A DNA stretch of 57,688 nt, counting the filler, from Deltaproteobacteria bacterium (GTDB lineage Bacteria > CG2-30-53-67), in NCBI GenBank assembly GCA_013151235.1. It is 3 parts of 3 records of this genome, joined end to end, with 100 filler letters (N's around TTAATTAATTAA, not from the genome) between each part and the next. Parts side by side here need not be neighbours in the genome. Positions count along the whole stretch, not along the records: positions 20,475 to 37,757 come from JAADIO010000025.1; 2 more parts are not named here. One strand, given 5' to 3'. The position numbers and the translations under genes are program-made. Of the stretch, positions 27,172-37,857 are shown in pieces (position 1 is the stretch's first letter; each line of letters begins with the position of its first letter). The notes under the pieces were generated by a model. It searched no databases and was not told the DNA's origin. It worked only from the letters and a program-made list of their open reading frames with translations.

Positions 27172-27960
27172 ATGAATCCTCTGGATCTTTCCTTTGGACA
27201 GTTCCAGTATTTTGTGCTGATCCTGGTCCGTGTGTCGGCGATCATTATGACCCTTCCGGTACTCGGAAGCCGTAATGTTCCGGTCATGGTCAAAGCCGGT
27301 TTTGCTCTGCTGACCTCGATCCTGGTCTTCCCAACAGTCAGGACATCCGGCGTGATCGTCCCGCAGGAGAACTTGACCCTGATCCTGGCGATCCTGCGGG
27401 AGATCGGCATCGGCCTTTTGATCGGCTATCTCGCCCGGCTTCTCTTCGCCGGTTTTCAGGTTGCCGGACAAATGATCGGGTACCAGATGGGCTTCGCCAT
27501 TGTCAGTGTTTTTGATCCGCAAAGCAGTTCTCAACTTTCGATTATGGCCTATTTTGAGAACCTTCTGGCGCTGCTTCTTTTTCTTTCTCTGAATCTCCAT
27601 CATGTACTGCTTCGCGGTCTGGCGGAAAGTTTCCAGTTGATCCCGCTTTTGGGGGCGCATTATCCCCTGGCCATCATGCAGCAGCTGGTCCGGAATACGG
27701 GAGATCTGTTTGTCCTGGCCGTGAAGATCGGCGCCCCGGTGATGGCGGCGCTGCTCTTTACGAATGTGGCGATGGGCCTGATCGCCCGGACCGTACCGCA
27801 GATGAATATCTTTATCGTCTCTTTTCCTTTCCAGATCGGATGCGGGTTGATTGTCCTTGGGCTCAGTCTTCCCCTGACGGTCAAGATTTTTGAACACTCT
27901 TTCGTGACCCTGGAGCAGAATCTGCAGCATCTGTTCCGGATGATCCGGATGGGGACCTGA
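27172..27960 (+). CDS. fliR: Flagellar export gate protein FliR
   Basis: AGQMIGYQMG, ARTVPQMNIF; alternative GTG start at 27166. Confidence 0.95.
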   Translation: MNPLDLSFGQFQYFVLILVRVSAIIMTLPVLGSRNVPVMVKAGFALLTSILVFPTVRTSGVIVPQENLTLILAILREIGIGLLIGYLARLLFAGFQVAGQMIGYQMGFAIVSVFDPQSSSQLSIMAYFENLLALLLFLSLNLHHVLLRGLAESFQLIPLLGAHYPLAIMQQLVRNTGDLFVLAVKIGAPVMAALLFTNVAMGLIARTVPQMNIFIVSFPFQIGCGLIVLGLSLPLTVKIFEHSFVTLEQNLQHLFRMIRMGT

Positions 27961-29027
27961 TGGCACAAGGATCGGACCAGGAAAAAACGGAGCGCGCAAC
28001 TCCGAAAAAAAGGGAAGAAGCAAGAGAGCGCGGCCAGGTAGCCAAGAGCCGTGAGATTGCATCGACGGCGGTCTATCTCTCTATGCTCCTCGTCTTCTAT
28101 TTCTTCAGTCCCTATTTTATGCAGCACCTTTTAGGATTGATGCGGGAGTTCCTTTCTCAGGCCACCCGGATGGAAATCACACAGGCCAATATGATGTTGC
28201 TGACCGACCAGGCCGTCTTGCAGCTCTTCTGGATCCTGGCCCCGCTCTTTGTCATTGCCTTTGTCATGGGATTTCTCGGAAATGTCCTGCAGTTCGGCTT
28301 TCTCCTCAGCGGGGAAGCGCTGATGCCGAAATTCGACAAACTGAATGTGTTCAAGGGGATCGGCAAGATGTTTTCGAAAAGCGCTCTCATGGAACTGATC
28401 AAGTCGATCGCCAAGATCGTCGTGGTCGGTTTCCTTGCCTATTCCGTGGTTAGGGATGAGTTTTTCCGGACTTTACCCTCTCTCGTGGATATGGATGTAT
28501 GGGGGATCTTCTTCTATATTTCAAGGGTTTCCTACAAAATTATGCTCCATGTACTCTGGTTTCTTATCCTCCTCTCCGCCATCGATTATGTTTTTCAACG
28601 TTGGCAGTTTGAAGAAGATCTGAAGATGACCAAACAGGAAGTCAAGGATGAATACAAGCAACGGGAAGGGGATCCTCAGGTCAAGGCCCGGGTCCGAAGC
28701 ATTCAACGGGAGATGGCCCGCAAACGGATGCTGACCGACGTGCCGACGGCCGATGTGGTGGTAACCAACCCGACTCATTTTGCCGTGGCGCTGAAATATG
28801 ATCCCGAACAGGGAGCCGCTCCCCGGGTGGTGGCCAAGGGCGCAGACTTCCTCGCGGCCAAGATCCGGGAGGTTGCGAAGGCACATGGGGTACCGCTGGT
28901 GGAAGACAAACCGCTGGCCCGGGCCCTTTACAAGGGGGTCAAGGTGGGGCAGTTCATTCCGGAGAATCTTTACAAGGCGGTCGCTGAGATCCTGGCGTAT
29001 GTGTACAGCCTGAAAGGAAAACACTAA
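27960..29027 (+). CDS. flhB: Flagellar export protein FlhB
   Basis: EKTE.AT.KK..EAR; KMTKQEVKDEYK..EGDP; NPTH autocleavage motif. Confidence 0.97.
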   Translation: MAQGSDQEKTERATPKKREEARERGQVAKSREIASTAVYLSMLLVFYFFSPYFMQHLLGLMREFLSQATRMEITQANMMLLTDQAVLQLFWILAPLFVIAFVMGFLGNVLQFGFLLSGEALMPKFDKLNVFKGIGKMFSKSALMELIKSIAKIVVVGFLAYSVVRDEFFRTLPSLVDMDVWGIFFYISRVSYKIMLHVLWFLILLSAIDYVFQRWQFEEDLKMTKQEVKDEYKQREGDPQVKARVRSIQREMARKRMLTDVPTADVVVTNPTHFAVALKYDPEQGAAPRVVAKGADFLAAKIREVAKAHGVPLVEDKPLARALYKGVKVGQFIPENLYKAVAEILAYVYSLKGKH

Positions 29028-31091
29028 ATGTTGGAATTCTGGAAACGTTTTGCGAATCAGAGTGAACTCTTCCTTGCCGCCGGGGTGGTGATGATCCTCG
29101 GGATCATGGTGATTCCCATGCCGCCGGTCGTCATGGATACCCTCCTCTTCTTTAATATTGCCTTCTCCCTGGTTATTCTATTGGTTGCCATCTATACGGA
29201 GCGGCCTCTCGATTTTTCAATCTTTCCAAGCATTCTTTTGATGACGACCCTCTACCGGCTGTCGCTCAATGTTGCCTCGACCCGTCTGATTCTCCTGCAT
29301 GGCGGAGAGGGGACCAAGGCCGCCGGCAATATCATTCAGGCCTTCGGAACCTTTGTGGTCGGAGGGAACTATGTCGTCGGTATGGTTGTGTTTCTGATTC
29401 TGGTGATTATCAACTTTGTGGTCATTACCAAAGGTGCAGGCCGTATTGCGGAAGTCGGCGCACGGTTTACCCTCGATGCATTGCCCGGCAAGCAGATGAG
29501 TATCGATGCCGATCTGAATGCCGGTTTGATCAATGAAGCCCAGGCCCGGCAGCGGCGGAAGGATGTAGAGATGGAGGCGGATTTCTACGGGGCCATGGAC
29601 GGGGCCAGCAAGTTTGTCCGGGGGGATGCCATTGCCGGGATCATCATCACGATCATCAATATCCTGGGGGGGTTGGTGATCGGTGTCCTCCAGCAGCACC
29701 TCTCCGTGACGGAAGCCGCCCAGACCTATACGCTCCTGACGGTCGGAGACGGCCTGGTCTCCCAACTCCCCGCATTGATTGTTTCGACGGCGGCCGGCCT
29801 GGTGGTGACGCACGCCTCCACGGGGGGCAGCCTCGGGGTTGCCGTGATCAAGCAACTCTTTTCCAATACCCGTGCCATTGCCGTTACGGCGGGGATCATG
29901 TTTCTCCTGGGATTGATCCCCGGTCTGCCGCAGATCCCTTTCCTTTTCTTTTCCGTGGTGATGGGAGGTGGGGCCTATCTGATGCACTCACGACAGGAAA
30001 AAACCCGGCAAGCGGAGGAAGAGGAGGCCGCAGCGCCGCCACCGCCGGAGCCGGAACGGATTGAACGGCTTCTTCCCCTGGATCTGCTGGAAATGGAGAT
30101 CGGCTATGGCCTGATTCCCCTTGTGGATCGGGAACGTGGAGGAGATCTGCTGGAAAGGATCCGATCGGTTCGGCGTCAGTTTGCCACGGAGATGGGAATT
30201 ATCGTTCCCCCGCTTCATATCCGGGATAATCTGAAACTCAAGGCCGGCGAGTATGCCTTCCGGATCAAAGGCGAAAAGGTGGATGGAGGTGAGCTGATGA
30301 TGAACCATCTTCTGGCGATGGATGGCGGGAACGTCAAGGATCGGATCCGGGGGATGGAGACCACGGAGCCGGCCTTTGGTCTGCCGGCACTCTGGGTGAA
30401 TGAGCAGGAGAAGGATCGGGCCAAGATGTCCGGTTATTCCGTGGTCGATCATTCCACGGTCATTGCGACACACCTGACCGAGATGATCCGGAAGCATGCC
30501 GAAGAACTGTTAGGGCGGCAGGAGGTGCAAAGCCTTCTGGATCATTTCGGAGAAACGTATCCCAAAGTTGTGGAGGAACTGGTGCCCAACCTGCTGAGTC
30601 TCGGCGCCGTGCAGAAGGTCCTCCAAAACCTGCTGAGTGAACGGATTTCGATCCGGGATCTGCGGACCATTCTGGAAACGCTGGCCGACCATGCGGAATA
30701 TACAAAGGATACGGATCTCCTGACGGAGTATGTCCGTCAAAAACTGGGTCGATCGATTACCCGGCCTTATATGGACCCGGCCGGGGAACTCCGGGTGATC
30801 ACCCTGGATCAGCAGGTAGAAGACCAGATCTCCGAATCGATTACTCGTCATGAACAGGGAACTTTTCTGGCCCTGGATCCCGTTGCAGCGCAGAAAGTCA
30901 TCAGCCGGATCGGCAAAGCGATGGAAAAGGCCGCCTCCATGAACATTGAGCCGGTTCTGCTCTGTTCCCCCGGGATCCGGATGGTTCTACGCAAGATGAC
31001 GGAGCGCTTTCTGCCTGACCTGGTTGTGCTTTCCCATTCCGAGGTTTCTCCCAATACGAAAATACAATCGGTTGAGTCAGTGAGGATTTAA
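29028..31091 (+). CDS. flhA: Flagellar export protein FlhA
   Basis: RFTLDALPGKQMSIDADL; FYGAMDGASKFVRGDA. Confidence 0.97.
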   Translation: MLEFWKRFANQSELFLAAGVVMILGIMVIPMPPVVMDTLLFFNIAFSLVILLVAIYTERPLDFSIFPSILLMTTLYRLSLNVASTRLILLHGGEGTKAAGNIIQAFGTFVVGGNYVVGMVVFLILVIINFVVITKGAGRIAEVGARFTLDALPGKQMSIDADLNAGLINEAQARQRRKDVEMEADFYGAMDGASKFVRGDAIAGIIITIINILGGLVIGVLQQHLSVTEAAQTYTLLTVGDGLVSQLPALIVSTAAGLVVTHASTGGSLGVAVIKQLFSNTRAIAVTAGIMFLLGLIPGLPQIPFLFFSVVMGGGAYLMHSRQEKTRQAEEEEAAAPPPPEPERIERLLPLDLLEMEIGYGLIPLVDRERGGDLLERIRSVRRQFATEMGIIVPPLHIRDNLKLKAGEYAFRIKGEKVDGGELMMNHLLAMDGGNVKDRIRGMETTEPAFGLPALWVNEQEKDRAKMSGYSVVDHSTVIATHLTEMIRKHAEELLGRQEVQSLLDHFGETYPKVVEELVPNLLSLGAVQKVLQNLLSERISIRDLRTILETLADHAEYTKDTDLLTEYVRQKLGRSITRPYMDPAGELRVITLDQQVEDQISESITRHEQGTFLALDPVAAQKVISRIGKAMEKAASMNIEPVLLCSPGIRMVLRKMTERFLPDLVVLSHSEVSPNTKIQSVESVRI

Positions 31092-31092
31092 T

Positions 31093-32376
31093 ATGCAGAT
31101 TAAAAAGTATGAAGCCGTCGACATGCCCTCTGCGGTACGGATGATCAAAAATGATCTTGGCTCCGATGCGGTGATCCTCTCGACCCGGAATGTGCGGAAG
31201 GGGAAAGGGACATTCGGGCTTTTCGGCCGGTCGATGGTCGAGGTGACGGCGGCGGTGGATCGGGATCCGCAGCCGCGGGAACCGAAGAAGTTCGGCCGGA
31301 CTCTTTCCGAGACAATCCACCGTACCTCGCCGCCTTCCTCCGAAGGACTGCCGAACTGGGTGAACCCTTTACGCAGGGATCTTCAGGAATTACGGGAGGA
31401 AATGGACGCTTTTCACTCCGAACGGTCCGGTTCGCAGGAACTCCAGGGGTTGATGGAGGAACTCAACAGCGTGAAGGAGATGATGAAAACACATCTCCCC
31501 GTCCGTTGTGAGGATGAATTATCACGTTATCCGGAACCGCTCCGGAAAACAGCGCAATGCCTCATCGAGAACGAAGTATCGCCCCTCCTCGTGGATCAAT
31601 TGATCCGGAGGATCAGCCGGCGTTTTCCGGCATCCAGCTATGGGACGGACAAAACGTTGCAGGGGACCGTCCGAAGAATCCTGGGCAATCTCTTCCGGGT
31701 CCGGGAGGGGATCCGCCGGGACGGGGATGGGCCGAAGAAAGTCGCTCTGGTCGGTCCGACCGGTGTGGGCAAGACGACCACCCTGGCTAAAATCGCAGCG
31801 GAAAGCGCCTTGGCAGGAAACGAACGGGTTGCCCTGGTGACGATCGATACCTACCGGATTGCAGCGATTGAACAGTTGAAGATCTATGCCCGGATCATCG
31901 GGATCCCGGTGGATGTTGTGGTCCGTCCGGAGGAGCTGCACCGGGTTCTCGCAAAGCACCACGACAAGGATTTGATCCTGATTGACACGGCGGGCCGCAG
32001 TCACCGGAATCGTGCGCAGATCCGGGAGTTGGAAAGAGCCCTTCAGGGGGAAGAGAAAATGGAACGTCATCTGGTTCTCAGTGCAACGACCAAACAGTCC
32101 GATCTGAGCCGTATTCTCCGGAATTTTAAACCGGTGGATTATGACTGTCTGATTTTTTCAAAGATCGATGAGGGGAGCCGTTTCGGAACGCTCCTGAATT
32201 CCGTGCTGCAGGCCGGGAAACCGATTTCCTATCTGACCGATGGACAACGGGTTCCCGAGGACCTTCATCTCCCCAGGGTCGAGGACCTGGTTGAACTGGT
32301 TCTCGCACCCAATCGGGTCCGTCTCTCCTCACCGATTCAGGAAATGAAACCGAAAGCCATGCGTGCCATGCAGTGA
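31093..32376 (+). CDS. flhF: SRP-type GTPase FlhF
   Basis: LG.DAVILS; GPTGVGKTTT.AK; DTYRIAA.EQL; DTAGR; GQRVPEDL. Confidence 0.96.
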   Translation: MQIKKYEAVDMPSAVRMIKNDLGSDAVILSTRNVRKGKGTFGLFGRSMVEVTAAVDRDPQPREPKKFGRTLSETIHRTSPPSSEGLPNWVNPLRRDLQELREEMDAFHSERSGSQELQGLMEELNSVKEMMKTHLPVRCEDELSRYPEPLRKTAQCLIENEVSPLLVDQLIRRISRRFPASSYGTDKTLQGTVRRILGNLFRVREGIRRDGDGPKKVALVGPTGVGKTTTLAKIAAESALAGNERVALVTIDTYRIAAIEQLKIYARIIGIPVDVVVRPEELHRVLAKHHDKDLILIDTAGRSHRNRAQIRELERALQGEEKMERHLVLSATTKQSDLSRILRNFKPVDYDCLIFSKIDEGSRFGTLLNSVLQAGKPISYLTDGQRVPEDLHLPRVEDLVELVLAPNRVRLSSPIQEMKPKAMRAMQ

Positions 32377-32413
32377 ACGCGTTCAAGGATCATCCGTGAT
32401 CATGGAGGAAAAT

Positions 32414-33283
32414 ATGGATCAGGCCGGGACATTGCGTACCATCGTGAATCAGCAGGAGAAGAATGAAGGACCGATCAAACAGGTGAAGGTTATTGCCGTG
32501 ACCAGTGGGAAGGGGGGGGTCGGAAAGACCAATATTGTGGCCAATCTGGCGTACACGCTTTCGGCGGTGAACCGAAAAAGAGTCATGGTCCTTGATGCCG
32601 ATCTCGGACTGGGAAATCTGGATATTCTTCTGGGGCTGGCGCCTGAATACAATCTGGCCGATGTGATTGAGGGGCGAAAGAATGTCCGGGAGATCGTTCT
32701 GGAAGGTCCCGGGGGAATCAAGATCCTGCCTGCCGGTTCCGGGATACAGACGATCACGGAATTAGGCCGGGCGGACAAGGCCAATCTGCTGACACAAATC
32801 GACGAACTGGAGGAAGAGATTGATTTCCTTCTCATTGATACGGCGGCGGGGATCTCGTCCAATGTCATGTTTTTTAACGTGGCGGCACAGGAGATCCTGG
32901 TCGTGGCCTCGCCGGAGCCGACTTCGATTACCGATGCCTATGCGCTGATGAAGGTCATGTCACAGGAGTATGCAGAGAATCATTTCAAACTGCTCATCAA
33001 CTCCGTAAAAAATGAAGCCGAAGCCAAGGGCGTTTATAAAAAGCTTTGTACTGTGGCGGATCGTTTCCTGAATATTTCGATCGACTATTTCGGTTTTGTC
33101 GTGACGGACCCGGTGGTGACGCGGTCGGTGCGGCAGCAAAAGGCCATTGCCGAGTTGTTCCCGGGGTCGCCGGCAAGTCTTTGCTTTCGCAGTATGGCGA
33201 ACAGCCTTTTAGAGAGCAGTGACTCAGACGGCGTTACGGGGAATATACAGTTTTTCTGGAAGCGGATCTTTCAAATAGGGTGA
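32414..33283 (+). CDS. flhG: MinD-like ATPase FlhG/FleN
   Basis: MDQA..LR N-terminus behind GGAGGA; SGKGGVGKT; EPTSITDAYA. Confidence 0.93.
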   Translation: MDQAGTLRTIVNQQEKNEGPIKQVKVIAVTSGKGGVGKTNIVANLAYTLSAVNRKRVMVLDADLGLGNLDILLGLAPEYNLADVIEGRKNVREIVLEGPGGIKILPAGSGIQTITELGRADKANLLTQIDELEEEIDFLLIDTAAGISSNVMFFNVAAQEILVVASPEPTSITDAYALMKVMSQEYAENHFKLLINSVKNEAEAKGVYKKLCTVADRFLNISIDYFGFVVTDPVVTRSVRQQKAIAELFPGSPASLCFRSMANSLLESSDSDGVTGNIQFFWKRIFQIG

Positions 33284-33286
33284 AGG

Positions 33287-34039
33287 ATGAATAAGACACA
33301 ACGGGCGACCCTGCAAGTTACGGAAACCTTTGACCGTGCCAAGCGGGACGAGCTGATTCTGACCTATGCGCCGCAGATTAAGTATATCGCTCATCGTCTC
33401 GCCATGCGTCTGCCGGCCCACATCGAGGTGGACGACTTGATCAGTTCCGGCGTCATCGGTCTGATTGATGCCATCGAGAAGTTTGATCCGAGTCGGGATA
33501 TCCAGTTTAAGACCTATGCGGAATTCCGCATAAAAGGGGCCATGCTCGATGATCTTCGGTCCCAGGACTGGATTCCCCGCTCCGTACGGCAGAAGGCGGG
33601 AGCGCTGGAACGGGCCTACGCGGAGATTGAGCAACGGGAAGGACGGGCGGCGACGAACGAAGAAGTGGCCGAGGCTCTGGAGATGACGATGGACGCCTTT
33701 TATGATCTCATAAGCCGGGTGAAGGGGCTTTCGCTGATCAGTATTGAATGCGGCGATGAGGAAAATATCCTGAATCGAAGGATCTTTGAATCCTTGACCG
33801 GCGATCCGGAAGACAACCCCCTGTCGATTCTCAAGGACAAGGAGTTGAAACAGATTATCGCCCGGAGTATCGAGACACTGCCGAAAAGCGAAAAGATGGT
33901 GGTTTCTCTCTATTATTATAATGAATTGACGATGAAAGAGATCGGCAAGGTCCTCTCCATTACGGAGTCCCGGGTCTCTCAAATCCATACCCAGGCAATG
34001 CTGCGGATGAGGGGGAAATTGAAAAAAGAACTTAAGTGA
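33287..34039 (+). CDS. fliA: Flagellar sigma factor sigma28
   Basis: DDLISSG.IGL.DA; YAEFRIKGAMLD.LR..DW.PRS; ESRVSQIH. Confidence 0.96.
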   Translation: MNKTQRATLQVTETFDRAKRDELILTYAPQIKYIAHRLAMRLPAHIEVDDLISSGVIGLIDAIEKFDPSRDIQFKTYAEFRIKGAMLDDLRSQDWIPRSVRQKAGALERAYAEIEQREGRAATNEEVAEALEMTMDAFYDLISRVKGLSLISIECGDEENILNRRIFESLTGDPEDNPLSILKDKELKQIIARSIETLPKSEKMVVSLYYYNELTMKEIGKVLSITESRVSQIHTQAMLRMRGKLKKELK

Positions 34040-34059
34040 ATATCGGTAAATTCCGATAA
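34033..34059 (+). promoter_or_regulatory. sigma28 promoter overlapping the fliA stop codon
   Basis: TAAG-N15-TCCGATAA compared with the consensus TAAA-N15-GCCGATAA. Confidence 0.7.
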
Positions 34060-34169
34060 AGAAATGCAGATGAAATTCCGAGAATAAAAATCGAACCATT
34101 GTTAAAGTGAGAAACCGGGCGGGCAGGACTGTCCGTGAACGGAGCGGATCTGTCCTTTTGGAGCGGGCC

Positions 34170-36101
34170 ATGATGCTGCAGGTGAAACGGGAACTTTCGG
34201 AGTTGTTTTTACAATTGAGAAGCGAGGACCCCGAATTGCGCCGTCAGGCCGCACGAATGTTGGGCGAGACGGGGAGTCCCAAGGCTGTTCCGGCCCTGGT
34301 CCGGGCACTGGAAGACCCCCATCGAGGTTGTCAGGAAGCAGCGATGGGGGCTCTCACTGCAATCGGTGGAGAGGAGACCATTCAGGAACTTGCCGGGCTT
34401 GTCTCCAGAGGGAAGGCCTATGTACGAAATGCTGCGATCGAAATCCTGGAACTGATCGGACGGGATGCGCCGGCACTTCTGATGCACCTATTCCAGGAGG
34501 GAAATGATTCCGTCCGGATGATCGCAGCCAAGATCTTCGGCCATCTCCATGCCGTAGAAGCCATTCCCGTCGTGACGGATTTATTGTACGATTCGAATCC
34601 CAACGTGCGTTGTGCGGCCCTGAACGCGCTGGGGGCGATCGGGGCCCGGGAGGCGCTTCCCCGGATTCGTGAATTTCTGAAAGACCCGGAAGAATGGGTT
34701 CGTTTTTCCTCTATCCAGGCCCTGGGGAATCTCCGGGATCAGGCTTCTCTTCCGGCATTGTTGAGCCTTCTCGATGACAATGTTGCAGAATCAACCTGTT
34801 GGGTGGCCGTAGAGGCGCTGGGCAGGATCGGGAGTGTTGAGGCACTGCCGAAACTGTTCGCCGCACTTCCCCGCGCCACACCGCTGGTTCAGCACCAGAT
34901 CGTGCATCACCTCGTCCGGATTGCCTTACAGAACAACGAAGAGGATGCATGGCGGGTGGAGGCTTTCGCTCCCTATGAAAGCTATTTTATTGCAGCCCTG
35001 AAAAGCCCGCAGAAGGAGGTCCAGGACTCTGCGGTCCAGGGGCTGGAATGGATCGGGACCGCCGGTGCCGTCATCCCGCTTCTGACCTTCGCCCGGGCCC
35101 TTCATGAATATGCAGAAGAAGACCGCGTCAATGCTGTTCGAAAGACCTTGACGGTGATCGGCGAGCCGGATGAACTGATTCGTCTCCTTTCAGAATCGGA
35201 TTGCACGGGTGCTCCGGACGAACTCGTCTTGAAACTGGCCGGGGATGTCCTGGGGAAGTTGCGCGAATTCCGGGCCGTGCCGGCCATCATTCGGCATCTT
35301 GAAGCTCCTCCGGAACCTGTCCGCCGTACGATGGTACGTGCCCTTGGACGCATCGGGGATCCCGGGGCCGGTCCCGCTCTGATCAATCTTTTAGAGGACG
35401 GAAACGGACATGTGAGAAAAGAGGCGGCCTTCTCGCTTGGGCGAATCGGTGACGAAGAGGCTGTGCTCCCCCTCTTTGAAGCCCTTGACCGGGAGGAGTT
35501 CATGGATGTGCGGGAAACGATCCTTCATGCCCTCGTGGCCATCGGCGGCGATCGAGTCAAGGAAAAGTTCCGGGAATTTGTTTTTTATCCCGACCCCGAT
35601 GTGCAGGCTCTGGCCATTCAGGGAATCGGCCTTTTAGGGGACGATGAGGCATGTGATCACCTGATTGCCAATCTGGGGAACGAAAACGAACGGATTCGTC
35701 TCAAGGTTGTCGAATGTCTGGGCAGGATTGATTGCGACCGGATGATGGAACCCTTGATTCACTCCCTGAACGACGAGAGTGAACAGGTCCGTCTGGCCGC
35801 CGTAGCGGTTCTGGCAGCGCATCCTTCAACGTCGGTCGTCCGTTCTTTGATCGGTTCCCTGTATGACGACAGTCATTGGGTTGCCTTCAAGTCCGCCGAT
35901 GCACTGGGGCGGATCGGCGACCCCGTGGCGGTGGAAACCATGATGGCCCTTCTGCAGACAACCGATGATGTTGCTTTGAAGATTGCACTGGGTCGGGCTT
36001 TGAAGAAAATCGGTGATCCGCGTTCCGAGACGATTCTGCGCAGGATGGCGCTGGATCCGAATCCGGATATTCGTGCGCTTTTTTCGGGAAATGGGGAGTA
36101 A
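34170..36101 (+). CDS. HEAT (PBS-lyase-like) repeat protein in the chemotaxis cluster
   Basis: Many L.D....VR..A..ALG.IG repeats; start placed at MML behind GGAG. Confidence 0.9.
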   Translation: MMLQVKRELSELFLQLRSEDPELRRQAARMLGETGSPKAVPALVRALEDPHRGCQEAAMGALTAIGGEETIQELAGLVSRGKAYVRNAAIEILELIGRDAPALLMHLFQEGNDSVRMIAAKIFGHLHAVEAIPVVTDLLYDSNPNVRCAALNALGAIGAREALPRIREFLKDPEEWVRFSSIQALGNLRDQASLPALLSLLDDNVAESTCWVAVEALGRIGSVEALPKLFAALPRATPLVQHQIVHHLVRIALQNNEEDAWRVEAFAPYESYFIAALKSPQKEVQDSAVQGLEWIGTAGAVIPLLTFARALHEYAEEDRVNAVRKTLTVIGEPDELIRLLSESDCTGAPDELVLKLAGDVLGKLREFRAVPAIIRHLEAPPEPVRRTMVRALGRIGDPGAGPALINLLEDGNGHVRKEAAFSLGRIGDEEAVLPLFEALDREEFMDVRETILHALVAIGGDRVKEKFREFVFYPDPDVQALAIQGIGLLGDDEACDHLIANLGNENERIRLKVVECLGRIDCDRMMEPLIHSLNDESEQVRLAAVAVLAAHPSTSVVRSLIGSLYDDSHWVAFKSADALGRIGDPVAVETMMALLQTTDDVALKIALGRALKKIGDPRSETILRRMALDPNPDIRALFSGNGE

Positions 36102-36111
36102 TCCGTTGGTT

Positions 36112-36999
36112 ATGTCGCCTTCCGTGAAAAAGGATGTAAAATCCCGTCCGGTGCCGATGTTGGAGAGGATACGGATTGATAAAAAATCCTTCCGGAATCT
36201 CCGGCAGATCATCTATGAACGTTCCGGGATCTCTGTGACGGAGGGGAAAGAATATTTACTGGAGAACCGCCTTGCCGACCGGCTGAAAGTAAACCACTGT
36301 AAATCCTTTGAGGAGTATGACTATTTCCTCCGTTATGAGCCGGGCGGAGAAGCGGAAATCGTCCGGATGGTGGAGTGTATCACTACCAACGAAACCTACT
36401 TCTTCCGGGAGGAGAGTCACTTTACGATGCTTCGGGAGGAAATTCTTCCACAGTTGGCTGAACAGAAAAGGTTCCGGGTGAACCCGTTAATCCGGATCTG
36501 GAGTGCCGCTTCCTCCACGGGGGAGGAGCCGTACACGATCTCCATCGTTGTGGAAGAGGCAAAACGGAACTTGTCAGGTGTGCGGGTGGAGATCCTTGCC
36601 AGTGATATCAATGATGCGGTGATCCGGTCCGCCCGTCGCGGGATTTATGAAGAAAATTCCGTCCGCCATATCCCGCCGGACATTCGAACGCGATATTTCA
36701 GCAAAGAGGGTGCCCGTTATCGTCTGGACGAGAAGATCAAGTCGCAAGTCCGTTTTGTCCATCTGAATCTGGTAGACAAGAACCGGCTGCGAAGTGCATC
36801 CGGGATGGATATTATCTTCTGCAAAAATGTCTTGATCTATTTTGATCCGGTCATGAAGAAGAAGGTCGTTGAGTCGCTCTATGATTCCCTGCTGCCGGGC
36901 GGATATCTCCTGATCGGCAGATCGGAAGCCCTCCATGATATTTCACGGGCCTTCCGACCGATGAAGATGAAAAACGGTCTGGTCTATCGGAAGGAATAG
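36112..36999 (+). CDS. cheR: Chemotaxis methyltransferase CheR
   Basis: TTNETYFFRE; IWSA.SSTGEEPY; DIIFCKNVLIYFD; start uncertain. Confidence 0.95.
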   Translation: MSPSVKKDVKSRPVPMLERIRIDKKSFRNLRQIIYERSGISVTEGKEYLLENRLADRLKVNHCKSFEEYDYFLRYEPGGEAEIVRMVECITTNETYFFREESHFTMLREEILPQLAEQKRFRVNPLIRIWSAASSTGEEPYTISIVVEEAKRNLSGVRVEILASDINDAVIRSARRGIYEENSVRHIPPDIRTRYFSKEGARYRLDEKIKSQVRFVHLNLVDKNRLRSASGMDIIFCKNVLIYFDPVMKKKVVESLYDSLLPGGYLLIGRSEALHDISRAFRPMKMKNGLVYRKE

Positions 37000-37122
37000 C
37001 TCCATTGTTTCTTCAGACGGGAGAACGCAGATTCTGCCGGGGGATATACATCGAAGATCCGTTGCAATGTTCAAAGCGGTACCGGAAGAAAAACAGAATC
37101 GATTTTCTGGAAAGGGCTTCTC

Positions 37123-37491
37123 ATGGCAACTCGAATTTTGGTCGTGGATGACGACAACATCACACGAAAGTTTGTCAGCTTCATTCTGAGGTCGGAAGGT
37201 TTTGAGGTCATTGCAGCGCAGGATGGAATGGAGGCCCTGGAGATGATGGGCGGGACGGAGGTGGATCTGGTTATCACCGATCTCAATATGCCGAAGATGG
37301 ATGGGGCCGAACTGATCCGGACGATCCGGAACGGGTCCGTGCAGCCCGATTTGCCGATCATCATGTTGAGTACGGAAGCGGATGAAGAAAGCCGGGACCT
37401 TGTTTTTCAGGCCGGTGTGTCGGATTACATGATCAAGCCTGTATCACGGAAAGAGCTGACGGACAAGGTTCGGGATTGTGTGAAGAATTGA
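37123..37491 (+). CDS. Single-domain response regulator (CheY-like)
   Basis: ILVVDDD, ITDLNMPKMDG, MLST, KP. Confidence 0.9.
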   Translation: MATRILVVDDDNITRKFVSFILRSEGFEVIAAQDGMEALEMMGGTEVDLVITDLNMPKMDGAELIRTIRNGSVQPDLPIIMLSTEADEESRDLVFQAGVSDYMIKPVSRKELTDKVRDCVKN

Positions 37492-37507
37492 CGGGAGGAC
37501 TGCACCG

Positions 37508-37757
37508 ATGATGAATACCGATATTGATGTCCTGGTGGTGGATGATTTCCCGACCATGCGGAAGATCATCATGAACCTGCTCAAGCAGCTCGGCTTCAAA
37601 AAGATCAAGGAAGCCGAAAATGGTGAGCATGCCCTGTCCGTTCTCCGGGCGGATCATGTCGATTTTGTCATTACGGACTGGAACATGCCGAAGATGAGCG
37701 GGATCGATCTGTTGAAATCGATCCGGGCCGATACCGGTCTCAAGTCGATGCCGGTTC
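37508..37757 (+). CDS. cheY: Chemotaxis response regulator CheY (3'-truncated by the gap)
   Basis: VLVVDDFPTMRKII.NLL..LGF; ITDWNMPKM.G.DLL..IRAD. Confidence 0.92.
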
Positions 37758-37857
37758 NNNNNNNNNNNNNNNNNNNNNNNNNNNNNNNNNNNNNNNNNNN
37801 NTTAATTAATTAANNNNNNNNNNNNNNNNNNNNNNNNNNNNNNNNNNNNNNNNNNNN
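37758..37857. other. Artificial contig spacer
   Basis: N44-TTAATTAATTAA-N44. Confidence 0.97.
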
